The notes beneath the pieces are model-generated. The model was not told the DNA's origin and made no database searches. It was given only the letters and a program-made list of their open reading frames with translations. The translations under genes were made by a program, and so were the position numbers. This document shows positions 1-8,894 of a stretch of 63,192 nucleotides of DNA, one piece after another. Position 1 is the stretch's first letter, and each line of letters starts with the position of its first letter. Origin of the DNA: an uncultured Clostridia bacterium (GTDB lineage: Bacteria > Bacillota > Clostridia > Christensenellales > UBA3700); assembly GCA_946615965.1 (NCBI GenBank), contig CAMOIC010000003.1, positions 1 through 63,192 of the forward strand, written 5' to 3'.

Positions 1-56
1 TACGATACAATGATACACTATTTTATTCTAAATCGCAAAATAAATATAATATAAAG

Positions 57-92
57 AAAAAAACTACGTCCCTGATATTTGCAGAGACGTAG
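57..92 (-). terminator. Intrinsic terminator closing the DUF4417/toxin/immunity operon
   Basis: Stem CTACGTC(64-70)/GACGTAG(86-92) plus 3 inner pairs. The 71/85 position pairs as G.U only on the minus strand. A7 at 57-63 gives a U-tract on the minus strand. Confidence 0.75.
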
Positions 93-109
93 CACTAATA
101 ACAATGTAC

Positions 110-457
110 TTAAACTTCTATCTCGTCATATTCCTTACGAGTTAGAGGCAGCAAATAATCCACAATAATATCCGCATACTCACTACATTTTAGATTTTCA
201 AGAATACCAACCACTATAACATTTGTTGCATACTCATCATTTTTTGAATATATTTCTTCTATCGTTTCACAAATATACGCAATCTTTTTGTAATCTTTTT
301 TACCCAACACTTTTCTAATATATTCCATCAGCACATCTTCTACCACCAAGAAAGATCCCGTGTCCAAGCCATCTTGCCATTCAGTATAAGTATCAAAATC
401 CTTTTTTATTTCAGGGAACTTTGTTAGTAATAATTCATTTAATTCTCTTTCCGTCAT
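110..457 (-). CDS. Small acidic helical protein, immunity-protein-like (resembles DUF7674 family)
   Basis: 115 aa, starts 2 nt after the toxin-like gene stop. The 'E..S.ND.YATNVIVVGILENL' pattern is typical of DUF7674-like proteins as I recall them. Not confirmed by HMM. Confidence 0.55.
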   Translation of the reverse strand: MTERELNELLLTKFPEIKKDFDTYTEWQDGLDTGSFLVVEDVLMEYIRKVLGKKDYKKIAYICETIEEIYSKNDEYATNVIVVGILENLKCSEYADIIVDYLLPLTRKEYDEIEV

Positions 458-459
458 AA

Positions 460-855
460 CTAATCTCCTTTTAAAGCATCTTCCAAATCATTCAATAATT
501 TTTGCAATACTAACTTGTCAGGATGATTTGGATTCTTTGAAATAATCTTTTTAATCTGATTGGCTCGTTCTTTCGCCTTTATTGCATGACCTTTTCCTGC
601 GATTGTTTTACCAGTTTGTTTTTCGTATTTTAATGCATCTGCAGTTCCACCATCACCAATCTTCGCACCGGGCCTGTACAATTCTTTTATTATTTTCTTT
701 GTAATATCTTCTTGAGCTTGAGACAATAATTCTTTTCCTACTGCACTCATGCTATCGGTCTCTAGTTCAAGAAGGGCTCTTTCTCCTTTCCCAACAGGAA
801 CATTACTATTAGTGGATTTAACAACAACTCCAAAAAGCGGATTTCTACCCTTCAT
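460..855 (-). CDS. Small basic protein carrying a polymorphic-toxin-type C-terminal domain (LYRPGAKIGDGGTADA...GKGH)
   Basis: Start refined from 897 to ATG 855 (or 858) because AAGGAGG lies at 868-862. It overlaps the DUF4417 stop. The C-terminal motif resembles tips I recall on Rhs/CdiA-type toxins. Confidence 0.55.
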   Translation of the reverse strand: MKGRNPLFGVVVKSTNSNVPVGKGERALLELETDSMSAVGKELLSQAQEDITKKIIKELYRPGAKIGDGGTADALKYEKQTGKTIAGKGHAIKAKERANQIKKIISKNPNHPDKLVLQKLLNDLEDALKGD

Positions 856-1549
856 CATTATCCTCCTTTGAAAGTTTACGCATTCTATCTTTTGCATTTT
901 CTTTCATCGTATAGGAATCATATTGATAAATTGGTATTCCCTTTTCTTTGACATAGCCAAACATTTCGTCATATACAGGTCCATACACACATATCCCACT
1001 TGGTTTTAATGTATCCACGATTATCTTTACTTGCATAGCAAATAAATATCTATTTGATAGCAATTTTGAAAAACCGTTCGTCCCAATAGATATTAGCGTA
1101 TGCTGCGGATAAGCTTCCAATGATGTTAATGTTCTATTGTCTCCTAACCTAACATTAGGGATTATCTTAAACCCTAGTTTGCCATAATAATAAGTTATGC
1201 CTAGATTTAACCCAATCTGGCTTCTTTGCACCCATATTGGCATATTATTGTACGGAGATGCATCTAATCCAATAATACACATATATGGCCTTAATTTTTC
1301 TACATATCCTTTCGGGTTTCCAAGGATAGGCTGAAAACCTATATCAGAACAATAGAAACTCATACCTGTGTTTTCAGGATTAACAACATCCTGTCTTCTA
1401 TCCCACTGTATTATTTCTTTCGGTGGCTCAGTGGCTACCATCCATTCCTCAATTTTTGGATAATTATCCGTCTTTGTACGTTCAGCGCCAGCAATGAGGT
1501 ACGCTAGATGAACGTCCCTTACATAGGGAGTTTTACTCTTTTTGATCAT
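845..1549 (-). CDS. DUF4417 domain protein (phage/mobile-element associated)
   Basis: 234 aa with 'RDVHLAYLIAGA', 'FYCSD..FQPI..NP..Y', 'D.SPY..MP', 'IIPNVR.GD', 'SIGTNG' and 'ICVYG'. SD AAGGAG is present. Confidence 0.8.
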   Translation of the reverse strand: MIKKSKTPYVRDVHLAYLIAGAERTKTDNYPKIEEWMVATEPPKEIIQWDRRQDVVNPENTGMSFYCSDIGFQPILGNPKGYVEKLRPYMCIIGLDASPYNNMPIWVQRSQIGLNLGITYYYGKLGFKIIPNVRLGDNRTLTSLEAYPQHTLISIGTNGFSKLLSNRYLFAMQVKIIVDTLKPSGICVYGPVYDEMFGYVKEKGIPIYQYDSYTMKENAKDRMRKLSKEDNDEG

Positions 1550-1577
1550 GAACAGATCTCCTTTGAAATATATTTCG

Positions 1578-1607
1578 TTGAATATATAAAAGAAATCGTG
1601 TTATAAT
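1578..1607 (+). promoter_or_regulatory. Sigma70-type promoter with no ORF downstream
   Basis: TTGAAT(1578-83)-18 nt-TATAAT(1602-07) with an extended -10 TG. Confidence 0.55.
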
Positions 1608-1613
1608 TCTTAT

Positions 1614-1679
1614 ACTACTAAGAGAATCTTTAACGATTCCAGGCACCTGACTATTCCCGTAGTTGGGTGTCTCTTTTTT
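1614..1679 (+). ncRNA. Candidate ~65-nt small RNA (two hairpins, intrinsic terminator)
   Basis: Lies downstream of the promoter above. Contains a 5-bp hairpin (1624-1639) and a 13-bp hairpin (1641-1672) with 3 G.U pairs that form only on the + strand, followed by T6. Confidence 0.45.
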
Positions 1680-1697
1680 ATATATCTTTCGACCTAA

Positions 1698-2435
1698 TTA
1701 AAATGGCAAATTCTTGTAGTGGTATTCATCTGATTCACCAAGATAGTCTATCAAGAACTTACTTGTGCTATAGTCTAAAGACAATCTATTTCCAGAATTT
1801 TCTGCAGCCTCATATAGATTTATGATTACTGAGTCCAGTTCTGATGGTTCATTTTCTTTGTAAATGCATAGTTTATCAACTTCAGTTTTATCTCCATTCT
1901 CAAATAAAAGATATGTCTCAATTACTATTTTTTGAGTCTCTGTGTCCTTCAACCTAACCATAGCAAGATATGCATTCATTTTAATCTCTAATACATATGA
2001 ATCTCCCGCATAATCAACTTGATATGGTAAATCAAATTTTGAGTGATACTCTATTTCCCATTTTCGATCACTCCCAGTCAAAGCATTTGCAATATGTCCC
2101 CTGTTATCATTAAGCATAGCTTCAGGCTCTCTTTCCCACTGACATACACCTTCAATAGTATCTAAAAGAATTTTTTCAAAAAAAGAACTAACTATTATTT
2201 CATCATCATTTAATTTGTTACAATCCGTATTATTAAGATAATCAACACTCGTTTTCAAATATTCAGCTATACCAAACATGATGTCTGCATTAATATTTTT
2301 TCTAGATTCATCATATCTCAGTTTGGACAAATAACCAGCACTAACACCTATAGCACTTTCTATATCGTTTATTTTTAAATTTTTCTTTTTAGCAAGATAA
2401 AAAACATTTTCCAAAAAACAATCTTTTTTAAACAT
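1698..2435 (-). CDS. XRE/Cro-C1 family helix-turn-helix regulator with uncharacterised C-terminal domain
   Basis: N-terminal 'LAKKKNLKINDIESAIGVSAGYLSKL...IAEYLKTSVDYL' is a classic HTH_3 pattern. Confidence 0.75.
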   Translation of the reverse strand: MFKKDCFLENVFYLAKKKNLKINDIESAIGVSAGYLSKLRYDESRKNINADIMFGIAEYLKTSVDYLNNTDCNKLNDDEIIVSSFFEKILLDTIEGVCQWEREPEAMLNDNRGHIANALTGSDRKWEIEYHSKFDLPYQVDYAGDSYVLEIKMNAYLAMVRLKDTETQKIVIETYLLFENGDKTEVDKLCIYKENEPSELDSVIINLYEAAENSGNRLSLDYSTSKFLIDYLGESDEYHYKNLPF

Positions 2436-2466
2436 ACTATCATCCTTCTGTTCATTTACTATTTAT

Positions 2467-2495
2467 ATAGTATCACAGAAAAATGACAAACGCAA
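2467..2495 (-). promoter_or_regulatory. Promoter of the XRE regulator
   Basis: Minus strand TTGCGT-17 nt-TACTAT with TGn before the -10. Confidence 0.55.
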
Positions 2496-2588
2496 CCGTA
2501 TGTCCATCGTTACGTTCTGACAGGTTTACAGATTTGTCAACCAAATGGTTTACATAAGTGTAAAATATAATTCCCTAGAAAAAATAAT

Positions 2589-2996
2589 CTATTTATCTAA
2601 TTTTTTTAACGCCTCTAGCCACCTTGCAATACTACCATTTTCAACATGCTTACAAAAGTTACCTGATTCAAAATGATCTGTTCTTACAGCAGCCACTATT
2701 AATGAGAACAAGAAAATATCATCTGCATTCTCAATCTTTGCCTTCTCCATTGAGCGAGTTTCCCATTCAATTTTGTGTTCTTGAAGATGCTTAAAATAGT
2801 TATCTCCATCTAGCTCTTTATTGTTTGAAACAAGACTCTCTACATCGTTCATAAAACGAGCATTTAAATCCTTGTAATAAACCTCAAAATCGTGACCTGG
2901 ATTTTTAGATAATGGATGATTCTCAATATAAGCTTTTAAATCTATAGATTTATATTCTTGCAAATACTTAGTAATTTGAGCATATTTCATAAACAT
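2589..2996 (-). CDS. DUF6508-like protein
   Basis: C-terminal 'LIVAAVRTDHFESG.F...VENGSIARWLEAL' matches the R.(D/E)(R/H)F..G...G....WL pattern. SD GGGG is present. Confidence 0.6.
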   Translation of the reverse strand: MFMKYAQITKYLQEYKSIDLKAYIENHPLSKNPGHDFEVYYKDLNARFMNDVESLVSNNKELDGDNYFKHLQEHKIEWETRSMEKAKIENADDIFLFSLIVAAVRTDHFESGNFCKHVENGSIARWLEALKKLDK

Positions 2997-3180
2997 TTTC
3001 CCCTATCAAATTTTATGATTTTTGCACACTAGAAAACATGAGTTTTTAAATAAAAATTCTCTTCTTTAAAAACGATAACCTTTAACTTGTCTTGTATCAT
3101 ATCTAGCATCGTAATTATTATAACATTGTTTATTACATTATTTAAGATGAAAAAATAATAAAAATACTATATTATTTTGC

Positions 3181-3210
3181 TTTACATCATAAAATCTATT
3201 GTGCTATTAT
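3181..3210 (+). promoter_or_regulatory. Promoter of the riboswitch-asd-dapA-dapB transcript
   Basis: TTTACA(3181-86)-18 nt-TATTAT(3205-10) with TGn extended -10, just upstream of the riboswitch. Confidence 0.55.
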
Positions 3211-3219
3211 CTTGTCAGT

Positions 3220-3380
3220 TTATAGAGGCGCGATTCCTATTAGTATTTGGAATAATACTTCAAGAGGTACCAAAGAAAGGAGCTATCGCCGAAGTGAAGT
3301 TGAATCTTGAATTAGACTTACGCTGGGTATAAGGTGAACAACTTTATAACTGTCATCCATAAAAGGATGGAGTGCTTTAA
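3220..3380 (+). ncRNA. Lysine riboswitch (L-box) aptamer
   Basis: Conserved blocks AGAGGCGCG (3224), AGTA, AAAGG, CGCCGAA, CTGGG, CTGTCA and GGAGTGCT (3369) in canonical order, upstream of asd-dapA-dapB. Confidence 0.92.
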
Positions 3381-3411
3381 GCTACTATCAAAGAATTATA
3401 ATAATTATTTG

Positions 3412-3445
3412 TGGTGCATCTATAAACTGATGCATCATTTTTTTT
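3412..3445 (+). terminator. Riboswitch expression-platform terminator
   Basis: TGGTGCATC-tataaact-GATGCATCA followed by a T-run, between the aptamer and asd. Confidence 0.8.
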
Positions 3446-3484
3446 ACAATAAAAATAAAATTTTGGTCAAAAGGAGACTTAAAA

Positions 3485-4513
3485 ATGAGAAAATACAATA
3501 TTGCTGTAGTAGGCGCAACAGGTATGGTAGGAAGCAAATTCCTAGAAGTATTAACAGAAAAGCAACTTCCAGTAGAAAATTATTATTTATTTGCATCAGC
3601 AAAGTCTGCTGGTAAGGTTATCAATTTCATGGGCAAAGATCATACAGTTATCGAATTAACTGATGAAAATATTAATGCATTAAAGGGAAAGGTTGATATT
3701 GCCCTATTCTCTGCTGGTGGTAAGACATCAGAAAGATTTGCTCCAGTATTTGCTTCAATCGGAACTGTAGTTATCGATAACTCAGCTCAATGGAGAATGG
3801 ATCCAAAGGTTCCTCTAGTAGTTCCTGAGGTTAACCCTCAAGATATTACATGGAACAATGGTATCATTGCTAACCCTAACTGCTCTACAATTCAAGCAAT
3901 GGTTTTATTAAAACCTTTATATGATGCTTTCGGTTTAAAGAGAGTTATATATTCAACATACCAAGCTGTATCAGGTGCTGGTGTTGCTGGATACAATGAT
4001 TTATTAGAAGGATTAAAGGCTTTCGTTAATGGCGAAAAGTATGAAACAAAGAAGTTCCCATATCAAATCGCTAACAACTGTCTTCCACACATTGACGTAT
4101 TCATGGATAATGGTTACACAAAGGAAGAAATGAAGATGGTTAACGAAACAAAGAAGATTCTTGGAGATGACAAGATTAAGGTTACAGCTACTTGCGTAAG
4201 AGTTCCTGTATTAAACTCTCACTCTGAATCTATCAACGTTGAATTCAACAAGCCAGTTACAAAGGAAGCTATTTTAAAGGTTCTTGAAAATGCTCCTGGT
4301 TTAAAGATTGTTGACGATGTAGCAAACAATGTATATCCAATGCCAATCAATTCAACAGGTTCAGATATTACATTAGTTGGACGTATTCGTATCGATGATA
4401 CAGTAGATAGCGGAGCTAACTTCTGGGTATGCGCAGACAACATCAGAAAGGGTGCTGCTTCTAACGCTGTACAAATCGCTGAATACATGATCAACAACAA
4501 CATGATTAAATAA
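3485..4513 (+). CDS. asd: Aspartate-semialdehyde dehydrogenase
   Basis: GATGMVG, IIANPNCST, TCVRVPV, GRIR and DNIRKGAA motifs. Confidence 0.97.
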   Translation: MRKYNIAVVGATGMVGSKFLEVLTEKQLPVENYYLFASAKSAGKVINFMGKDHTVIELTDENINALKGKVDIALFSAGGKTSERFAPVFASIGTVVIDNSAQWRMDPKVPLVVPEVNPQDITWNNGIIANPNCSTIQAMVLLKPLYDAFGLKRVIYSTYQAVSGAGVAGYNDLLEGLKAFVNGEKYETKKFPYQIANNCLPHIDVFMDNGYTKEEMKMVNETKKILGDDKIKVTATCVRVPVLNSHSESINVEFNKPVTKEAILKVLENAPGLKIVDDVANNVYPMPINSTGSDITLVGRIRIDDTVDSGANFWVCADNIRKGAASNAVQIAEYMINNNMIK

Positions 4514-4539
4514 GTTAATAAAAGAGGTTATATAAATTT

Positions 4540-5415
4540 ATGTTTAAAGGTACTGCAACTGCATTAATCACTCCATTCACAGAAGACGGGATTGATTTCG
4601 CAGGATTTGAAAAATTAATCGAATACCAAATTTCTAATGGAATTGATGCCCTACTTTTCCTAGGCACAACAGGTGAACCACCTACAATGACTAGCGAAGA
4701 AAAGGAAGCCATCATGAAGTTTGCTATCAAAACAGTAAATCATAGAGTTCCAGTAATTTTTGGTACAGGTTCAAACTGCACTAAGACTGCAATTGAAAAC
4801 ACAATTCACGCAGCAGAACTTGGAGCTGACGCAGCTCTAGTTGTTACTCCTTTCTACAACAAGTGTACACAAGAAGGTTTATACCTACACTACAAAGCAA
4901 TTTGTGAAGCTTCTTCAATTCCAGTTATCGCATACAACGTTCCAGGAAGAACAGGTGTTAATATTCTTCCTGAAACATTAAAGAAGATGACTACTATTAA
5001 GAATCTTTGCGGTATTAAAGATGCTTGTGGCAAGCCAGAACAAATCGTTGAAATGGCTAAGGCTGTTCAAGGAACACAAGTTAATTATTATTCTGGTGAT
5101 GATGATAGAGTTTTATTAGCTATGGAAAATGGCGGTAAAGGTTTAATCTCTGTTGCTTCAAACATTCAACCAAAACAAATTGGTTCAATCGTTAAAGATT
5201 GTTTAAATGGAAACTTCGATAGTGCTACTGCTACATTTGAAAAGTACAAAGATTTTATTGCTGGATTATTCTACGAGGTAAATCCTATTCCTGTTAAGTA
5301 TGCAGCTTACAAGTTAGGTTTCTGTAAGAATATCCTAAGATTACCTCTTACTCCAATGAGTGCAGATAAGGCAGAAAAATTAGAAGCCTTAATGAAAGAT
5401 TTAAAGATTATATAG
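4540..5415 (+). CDS. dapA: 4-hydroxy-tetrahydrodipicolinate synthase
   Basis: ALITPF, GTTGE, YNVPGRTG, GIKDA and EVNPIPVK motifs. Confidence 0.96.
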   Translation: MFKGTATALITPFTEDGIDFAGFEKLIEYQISNGIDALLFLGTTGEPPTMTSEEKEAIMKFAIKTVNHRVPVIFGTGSNCTKTAIENTIHAAELGADAALVVTPFYNKCTQEGLYLHYKAICEASSIPVIAYNVPGRTGVNILPETLKKMTTIKNLCGIKDACGKPEQIVEMAKAVQGTQVNYYSGDDDRVLLAMENGGKGLISVASNIQPKQIGSIVKDCLNGNFDSATATFEKYKDFIAGLFYEVNPIPVKYAAYKLGFCKNILRLPLTPMSADKAEKLEALMKDLKII

Positions 5416-5420
5416 GTGAT

Positions 5421-6188
5421 ATGATGAATATTTTAGTTTATGGTATTGGTGGAAAAATGGGTCATAGTCTTGTTGAGTTAATCAACAATGATAGCGATGC
5501 TACTTTAGTAGGTGGCGTTGATAAGTTTGCTGATCCATCTAAATTCGATGTTCCTGTATTCAAATCAGCTAAGGATATCAATGTTAAAGTTGATGCTCTT
5601 ATCGATTTCTCAAGACCAGATGCTTTAGATGACATTTTAGAATATGCCACAAAGAATAAGGTTCCAGCAGTTCTATGCACTACTGGTTACACAAAGGAAC
5701 AAGATGCACAAGTATTAGAAGCATCAAAAATCATCCCTATCTTTAGATCAAGCAATATGAGTGTTGGCATCAATGTTCTAATCGCTCTTTGCAGAAGCGC
5801 TGCTAAGGTTCTTAAAGAAGATGTTGAAATTGAAATCGTTGAACAACACCACAACTTAAAAGTTGATGCTCCATCAGGAACAGCTATCTCTATTGCTGAT
5901 GCTATTAATGAAGAATACAACAATAGCAAATTCTTCACATATGGTAGACATGATAAGAACAAGAGAAGAGAAAGAAACGAAATCGGTATCCACGCTATCA
6001 GAGGTGGTACAATCGTTGGTAAACATGATGTTATGTTTATTGGACAAGATGAAATCGTTACTGTTGCTCATGAAGCTCAATCTAAACTTGTATTTGCTAA
6101 AGGCGCAGTTAAAGCTGCTAAGTTCTTAACAACAGTTACAGAACCTAAGATTTACAACATGCAAGATTTAGTTGCTACTATGATTTAA
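5421..6188 (+). CDS. dapB: 4-hydroxy-tetrahydrodipicolinate reductase
   Basis: G.GGKMG, IDFS.P, CTTG, E.HH..KVDAPSGTA and IRGG.IVG.H motifs. Confidence 0.96.
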   Translation: MMNILVYGIGGKMGHSLVELINNDSDATLVGGVDKFADPSKFDVPVFKSAKDINVKVDALIDFSRPDALDDILEYATKNKVPAVLCTTGYTKEQDAQVLEASKIIPIFRSSNMSVGINVLIALCRSAAKVLKEDVEIEIVEQHHNLKVDAPSGTAISIADAINEEYNNSKFFTYGRHDKNKRRERNEIGIHAIRGGTIVGKHDVMFIGQDEIVTVAHEAQSKLVFAKGAVKAAKFLTTVTEPKIYNMQDLVATMI

Positions 6189-6210
6189 TTATTGTGATAA
6201 ACGATAAATT

Positions 6211-6238
6211 TGGAGACCATATGGTCTCCATTTTTTTT
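6211..6238. terminator. Terminator between convergent dapB and membrane-protein genes
   Basis: Perfect 20-bp palindrome TGGAGACCATATGGTCTCCA (6211-6230) followed by T8. Confidence 0.8.
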
Positions 6239-6782
6239 AACTGTTTCTTAAAAGATTATCTACTTGCTTATAGGCTTCATCATACTTTTGTTGCTCTAAT
6301 TTAACAAGCTCTTTATTCTTTTCAAATAGGTCTTCTAAATCATCATCTAGAACTACCCTACTATTTAAAACTTTAATATTGAATTCTTTTATTGCTCTTA
6401 GAGTTAATACTTCTTTCCATACAAATTCAGACTTGCTCTTTTTTGTATACTCTTTTCCATTAAGTTCATATTTATATGTTATTGAATAATAATTAACTTT
6501 AGCAGCAGATACATGCGTTTCATGAGATACGTAACTAGCCTTCACTAATTGGCCATTATTCTTTACTTTACTTCTTAAAAGATGGTTAATAAGAAACCAA
6601 ATAGTAGACAGCCAAGCAAGCACACCCATAACTGCAATAGCACCCGTTATTACATAACTTGCTACAGATGGATTCTCATAATAGCAGTAATAATATATAA
6701 AAAGACCACCCCCAACAGCTAGGGCTATTAGCCCTGCTAGGAATGGTCTTAAAATCAAAGATTTTAGTTTTTCTATTTTCAT
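6237..6782 (-). CDS. Two-TM membrane protein with DUF3592-like beta domain
   Basis: Two hydrophobic segments, then 'YYSITYKYELNGKEY'. Start is coupled (TAATG) to the upstream gene. Confidence 0.5.
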   Translation of the reverse strand: MKIEKLKSLILRPFLAGLIALAVGGGLFIYYYCYYENPSVASYVITGAIAVMGVLAWLSTIWFLINHLLRSKVKNNGQLVKASYVSHETHVSAAKVNYYSITYKYELNGKEYTKKSKSEFVWKEVLTLRAIKEFNIKVLNSRVVLDDDLEDLFEKNKELVKLEQQKYDEAYKQVDNLLRNS

Positions 6783-7486
6783 TATTGCTTAAATACGATT
6801 CTTCCGCAGCTTGGGCACTTAGCGTATCCATCATCCATTACGTTCTTAAGTGCAGTAGCATTTAACTCAAGACCGCAACCACCACAGTTTTGTTCTCTTA
6901 GAGGAACAACAACTCTTGGCTTTTGAATAATATTTCTTGTTTCTTCATATAAAGCTACATCACTTGGATTCATAGAATCTCTAACAGCTTTAATCTTATC
7001 CTTTAATTCTGTCATCTTAGGCATAACAACTTGAGTATCAAATGTCTCTTTCTTTGCCTTTAGTTCATTTCTCTTAGCATCAACTTGAGCATATTGTTGC
7101 ATTGTAACATTTAATCTTTTAATAGAATCAGATAAAGCCATATTTAATTTCATAACTTCATTGCTAATTCCATTTAATGCATTCATATCGCCTTCTAAGC
7201 TTTGAGCCATATAAGATAATTGGTCTGCTGGAAGGTTTTGATACTTCTCTTCTAATGCTTCATTAATCTTATCATTGATAGCTTTAAATTTATTGTTAGC
7301 TTCGGCTAATTGTTTATATTGTGAGTTAATTGCAACAACATAACTATTAGCTTCATCCTTTAGTGCTGATCTTTTTTCCTTTATTTGATTATACTCAACA
7401 CAAATTGGTTCCTTGTTGTACTCATCTTGAAATTTAGCCGCACTAATATAAGCTTCTTGTAACTCTAAAATCTTTACTAAATTCAT
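6782..7486 (-). CDS. Coiled-coil protein with C-terminal C4 zinc ribbon (CT398/HP0958-like)
   Basis: Long heptad region followed by CGGC...CPSCGRI. Sits in the usual position after nif3. Confidence 0.85.
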   Translation of the reverse strand: MNLVKILELQEAYISAAKFQDEYNKEPICVEYNQIKEKRSALKDEANSYVVAINSQYKQLAEANNKFKAINDKINEALEEKYQNLPADQLSYMAQSLEGDMNALNGISNEVMKLNMALSDSIKRLNVTMQQYAQVDAKRNELKAKKETFDTQVVMPKMTELKDKIKAVRDSMNPSDVALYEETRNIIQKPRVVVPLREQNCGGCGLELNATALKNVMDDGYAKCPSCGRIVFKQ

Positions 7487-7501
7487 TTTTATCTCCTCTT
7501 C

Positions 7502-8254
7502 TTACTTATTGTAAGGGTCTATATCTTTTTTACTTTTTATAATCTCTACTCCACTAACTTTTAGCATATCGTAGAAAATATCCATACAAATAATTTCACT
7601 ATTATAATGACCAACTTCTATTAAAGCCACATTATAATATTTCATCTTAATTGCTAGAGATATTTTATTTTCACCGCCAATAACAACATCGACGTTCTTA
7701 TTTTTTATCTCTTCAATTAATTCATCATCTCTGGCACCTGCTCCACAAGATACACAAACTGTTTTAATTGTCTTATTTAAATCGCCTACAGTTCTTATAT
7801 GATTATCATTTAAAAGCTTAGCTATCTCTTCGCTCTTTTCTTTAAGTGTGCCCTCTCTTTCAAATTCACCTAATCTATGGCATGTATTATAGCCGCCTAG
7901 AACGTTAATTTTTAGAAGTTCGCATAATTTATCGTTTATACCACCAATTGTTGAATCTAGGTTAGTATGAGCGCTATATAAGATAATCTTGTTCTTCTTT
8001 GCTTTGTCTACTATATCTTGAGTAAATTGATCTACAATCTCTTCACCAAATACAGCAGGATGATGAGAAACTATCATTTCGCAATTATTATCAATTGCTT
8101 CATCTAAAACATCCATTGAAACGTTTTCGCAAACAAGAACCTTATTAACATCTTGGCTTTTACTTCCACAACAAAGTCCTGGAGTATCAAACTCTTCAGC
8201 AAGATATAAAGGTGCTATATTTTCAATTAGTTCAATTAATGATTTAGCCTTCAT
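7502..8254 (-). CDS. Nif3-like dinuclear metal centre protein
   Basis: SHHP, HTNLD and GHY.SE motifs, adjacent to trmK. Confidence 0.9.
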   Translation of the reverse strand: MKAKSLIELIENIAPLYLAEEFDTPGLCCGSKSQDVNKVLVCENVSMDVLDEAIDNNCEMIVSHHPAVFGEEIVDQFTQDIVDKAKKNKIILYSAHTNLDSTIGGINDKLCELLKINVLGGYNTCHRLGEFEREGTLKEKSEEIAKLLNDNHIRTVGDLNKTIKTVCVSCGAGARDDELIEEIKNKNVDVVIGGENKISLAIKMKYYNVALIEVGHYNSEIICMDIFYDMLKVSGVEIIKSKKDIDPYNK

Positions 8255-8894
8255 TTCTTTCCTTATTTATTATTTGCAAATATTTCTCATATTTGTCTTT
8301 ATTCTCACCTGTAATGCCTTTTTCCAACAATTTTGTGTATTTATCTAAAAGATAATCAAGGTACATTACGTAGATTGAATTGCTTTTATTATCCTTTCCA
8401 AGAAGTATTTCTTTTTCAGATAATTCATCTTTTTTATTTGCTATGGCAACTATAATGCTATAGAAATGTTTATCTTCTTTTACAACATAATCTTTCTCTA
8501 TAAAGAAATCATTTGCTGATAAGAATTCTCTTACGATGTCAACTTCTGTATGAGGACATAAAACTAATTTTTCAATTCCACTAGGTCTATTAGATAGAAT
8601 CTTTATAATTTCACGGCCACCCATTCCAGCAATAACAACGGTATCTGCTTCATTGTCTTTTATAACATTTAGGCCATCGCCACATCTAAATTCTACATTC
8701 TTTAAATCTTCTTTTTCAGCAAGTGCTCTTGCTTTATCTAGTGATTTATCACTAATATCACAAGCAATAGCTCTTTGGACTCTACCCTCTGTTAATGCAG
8801 CCCATGTCACTTTACCATGATCACAGCCAACATCAACTAGAGTTTGTCCATGAATTTCATTTATTAAAGAACGTAATCTAGAATCAATATTCAT
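8244..8894 (-). CDS. trmK: tRNA (adenine22-N1)-methyltransferase
   Basis: DVGCDHG, GDGL and IAGMGG..I motifs, with synteny after rpoD. Confidence 0.9.
   Translation of the reverse strand: MNIDSRLRSLINEIHGQTLVDVGCDHGKVTWAALTEGRVQRAIACDISDKSLDKARALAEKEDLKNVEFRCGDGLNVIKDNEADTVVIAGMGGREIIKILSNRPSGIEKLVLCPHTEVDIVREFLSANDFFIEKDYVVKEDKHFYSIIVAIANKKDELSEKEILLGKDNKSNSIYVMYLDYLLDKYTKLLEKGITGENKDKYEKYLQIINKERNEG

Noticed and set aside
1-3100. Calling the left end a prophage or ICE
   Set aside because: No integrase, att site, structural, replication or conjugation gene is within the window. It is at most a remnant or the edge of an element.
3334-3615. 93-aa ORF from the track
   Set aside because: It overlaps the lysine riboswitch, its terminator and asd out of frame, and has no SD.
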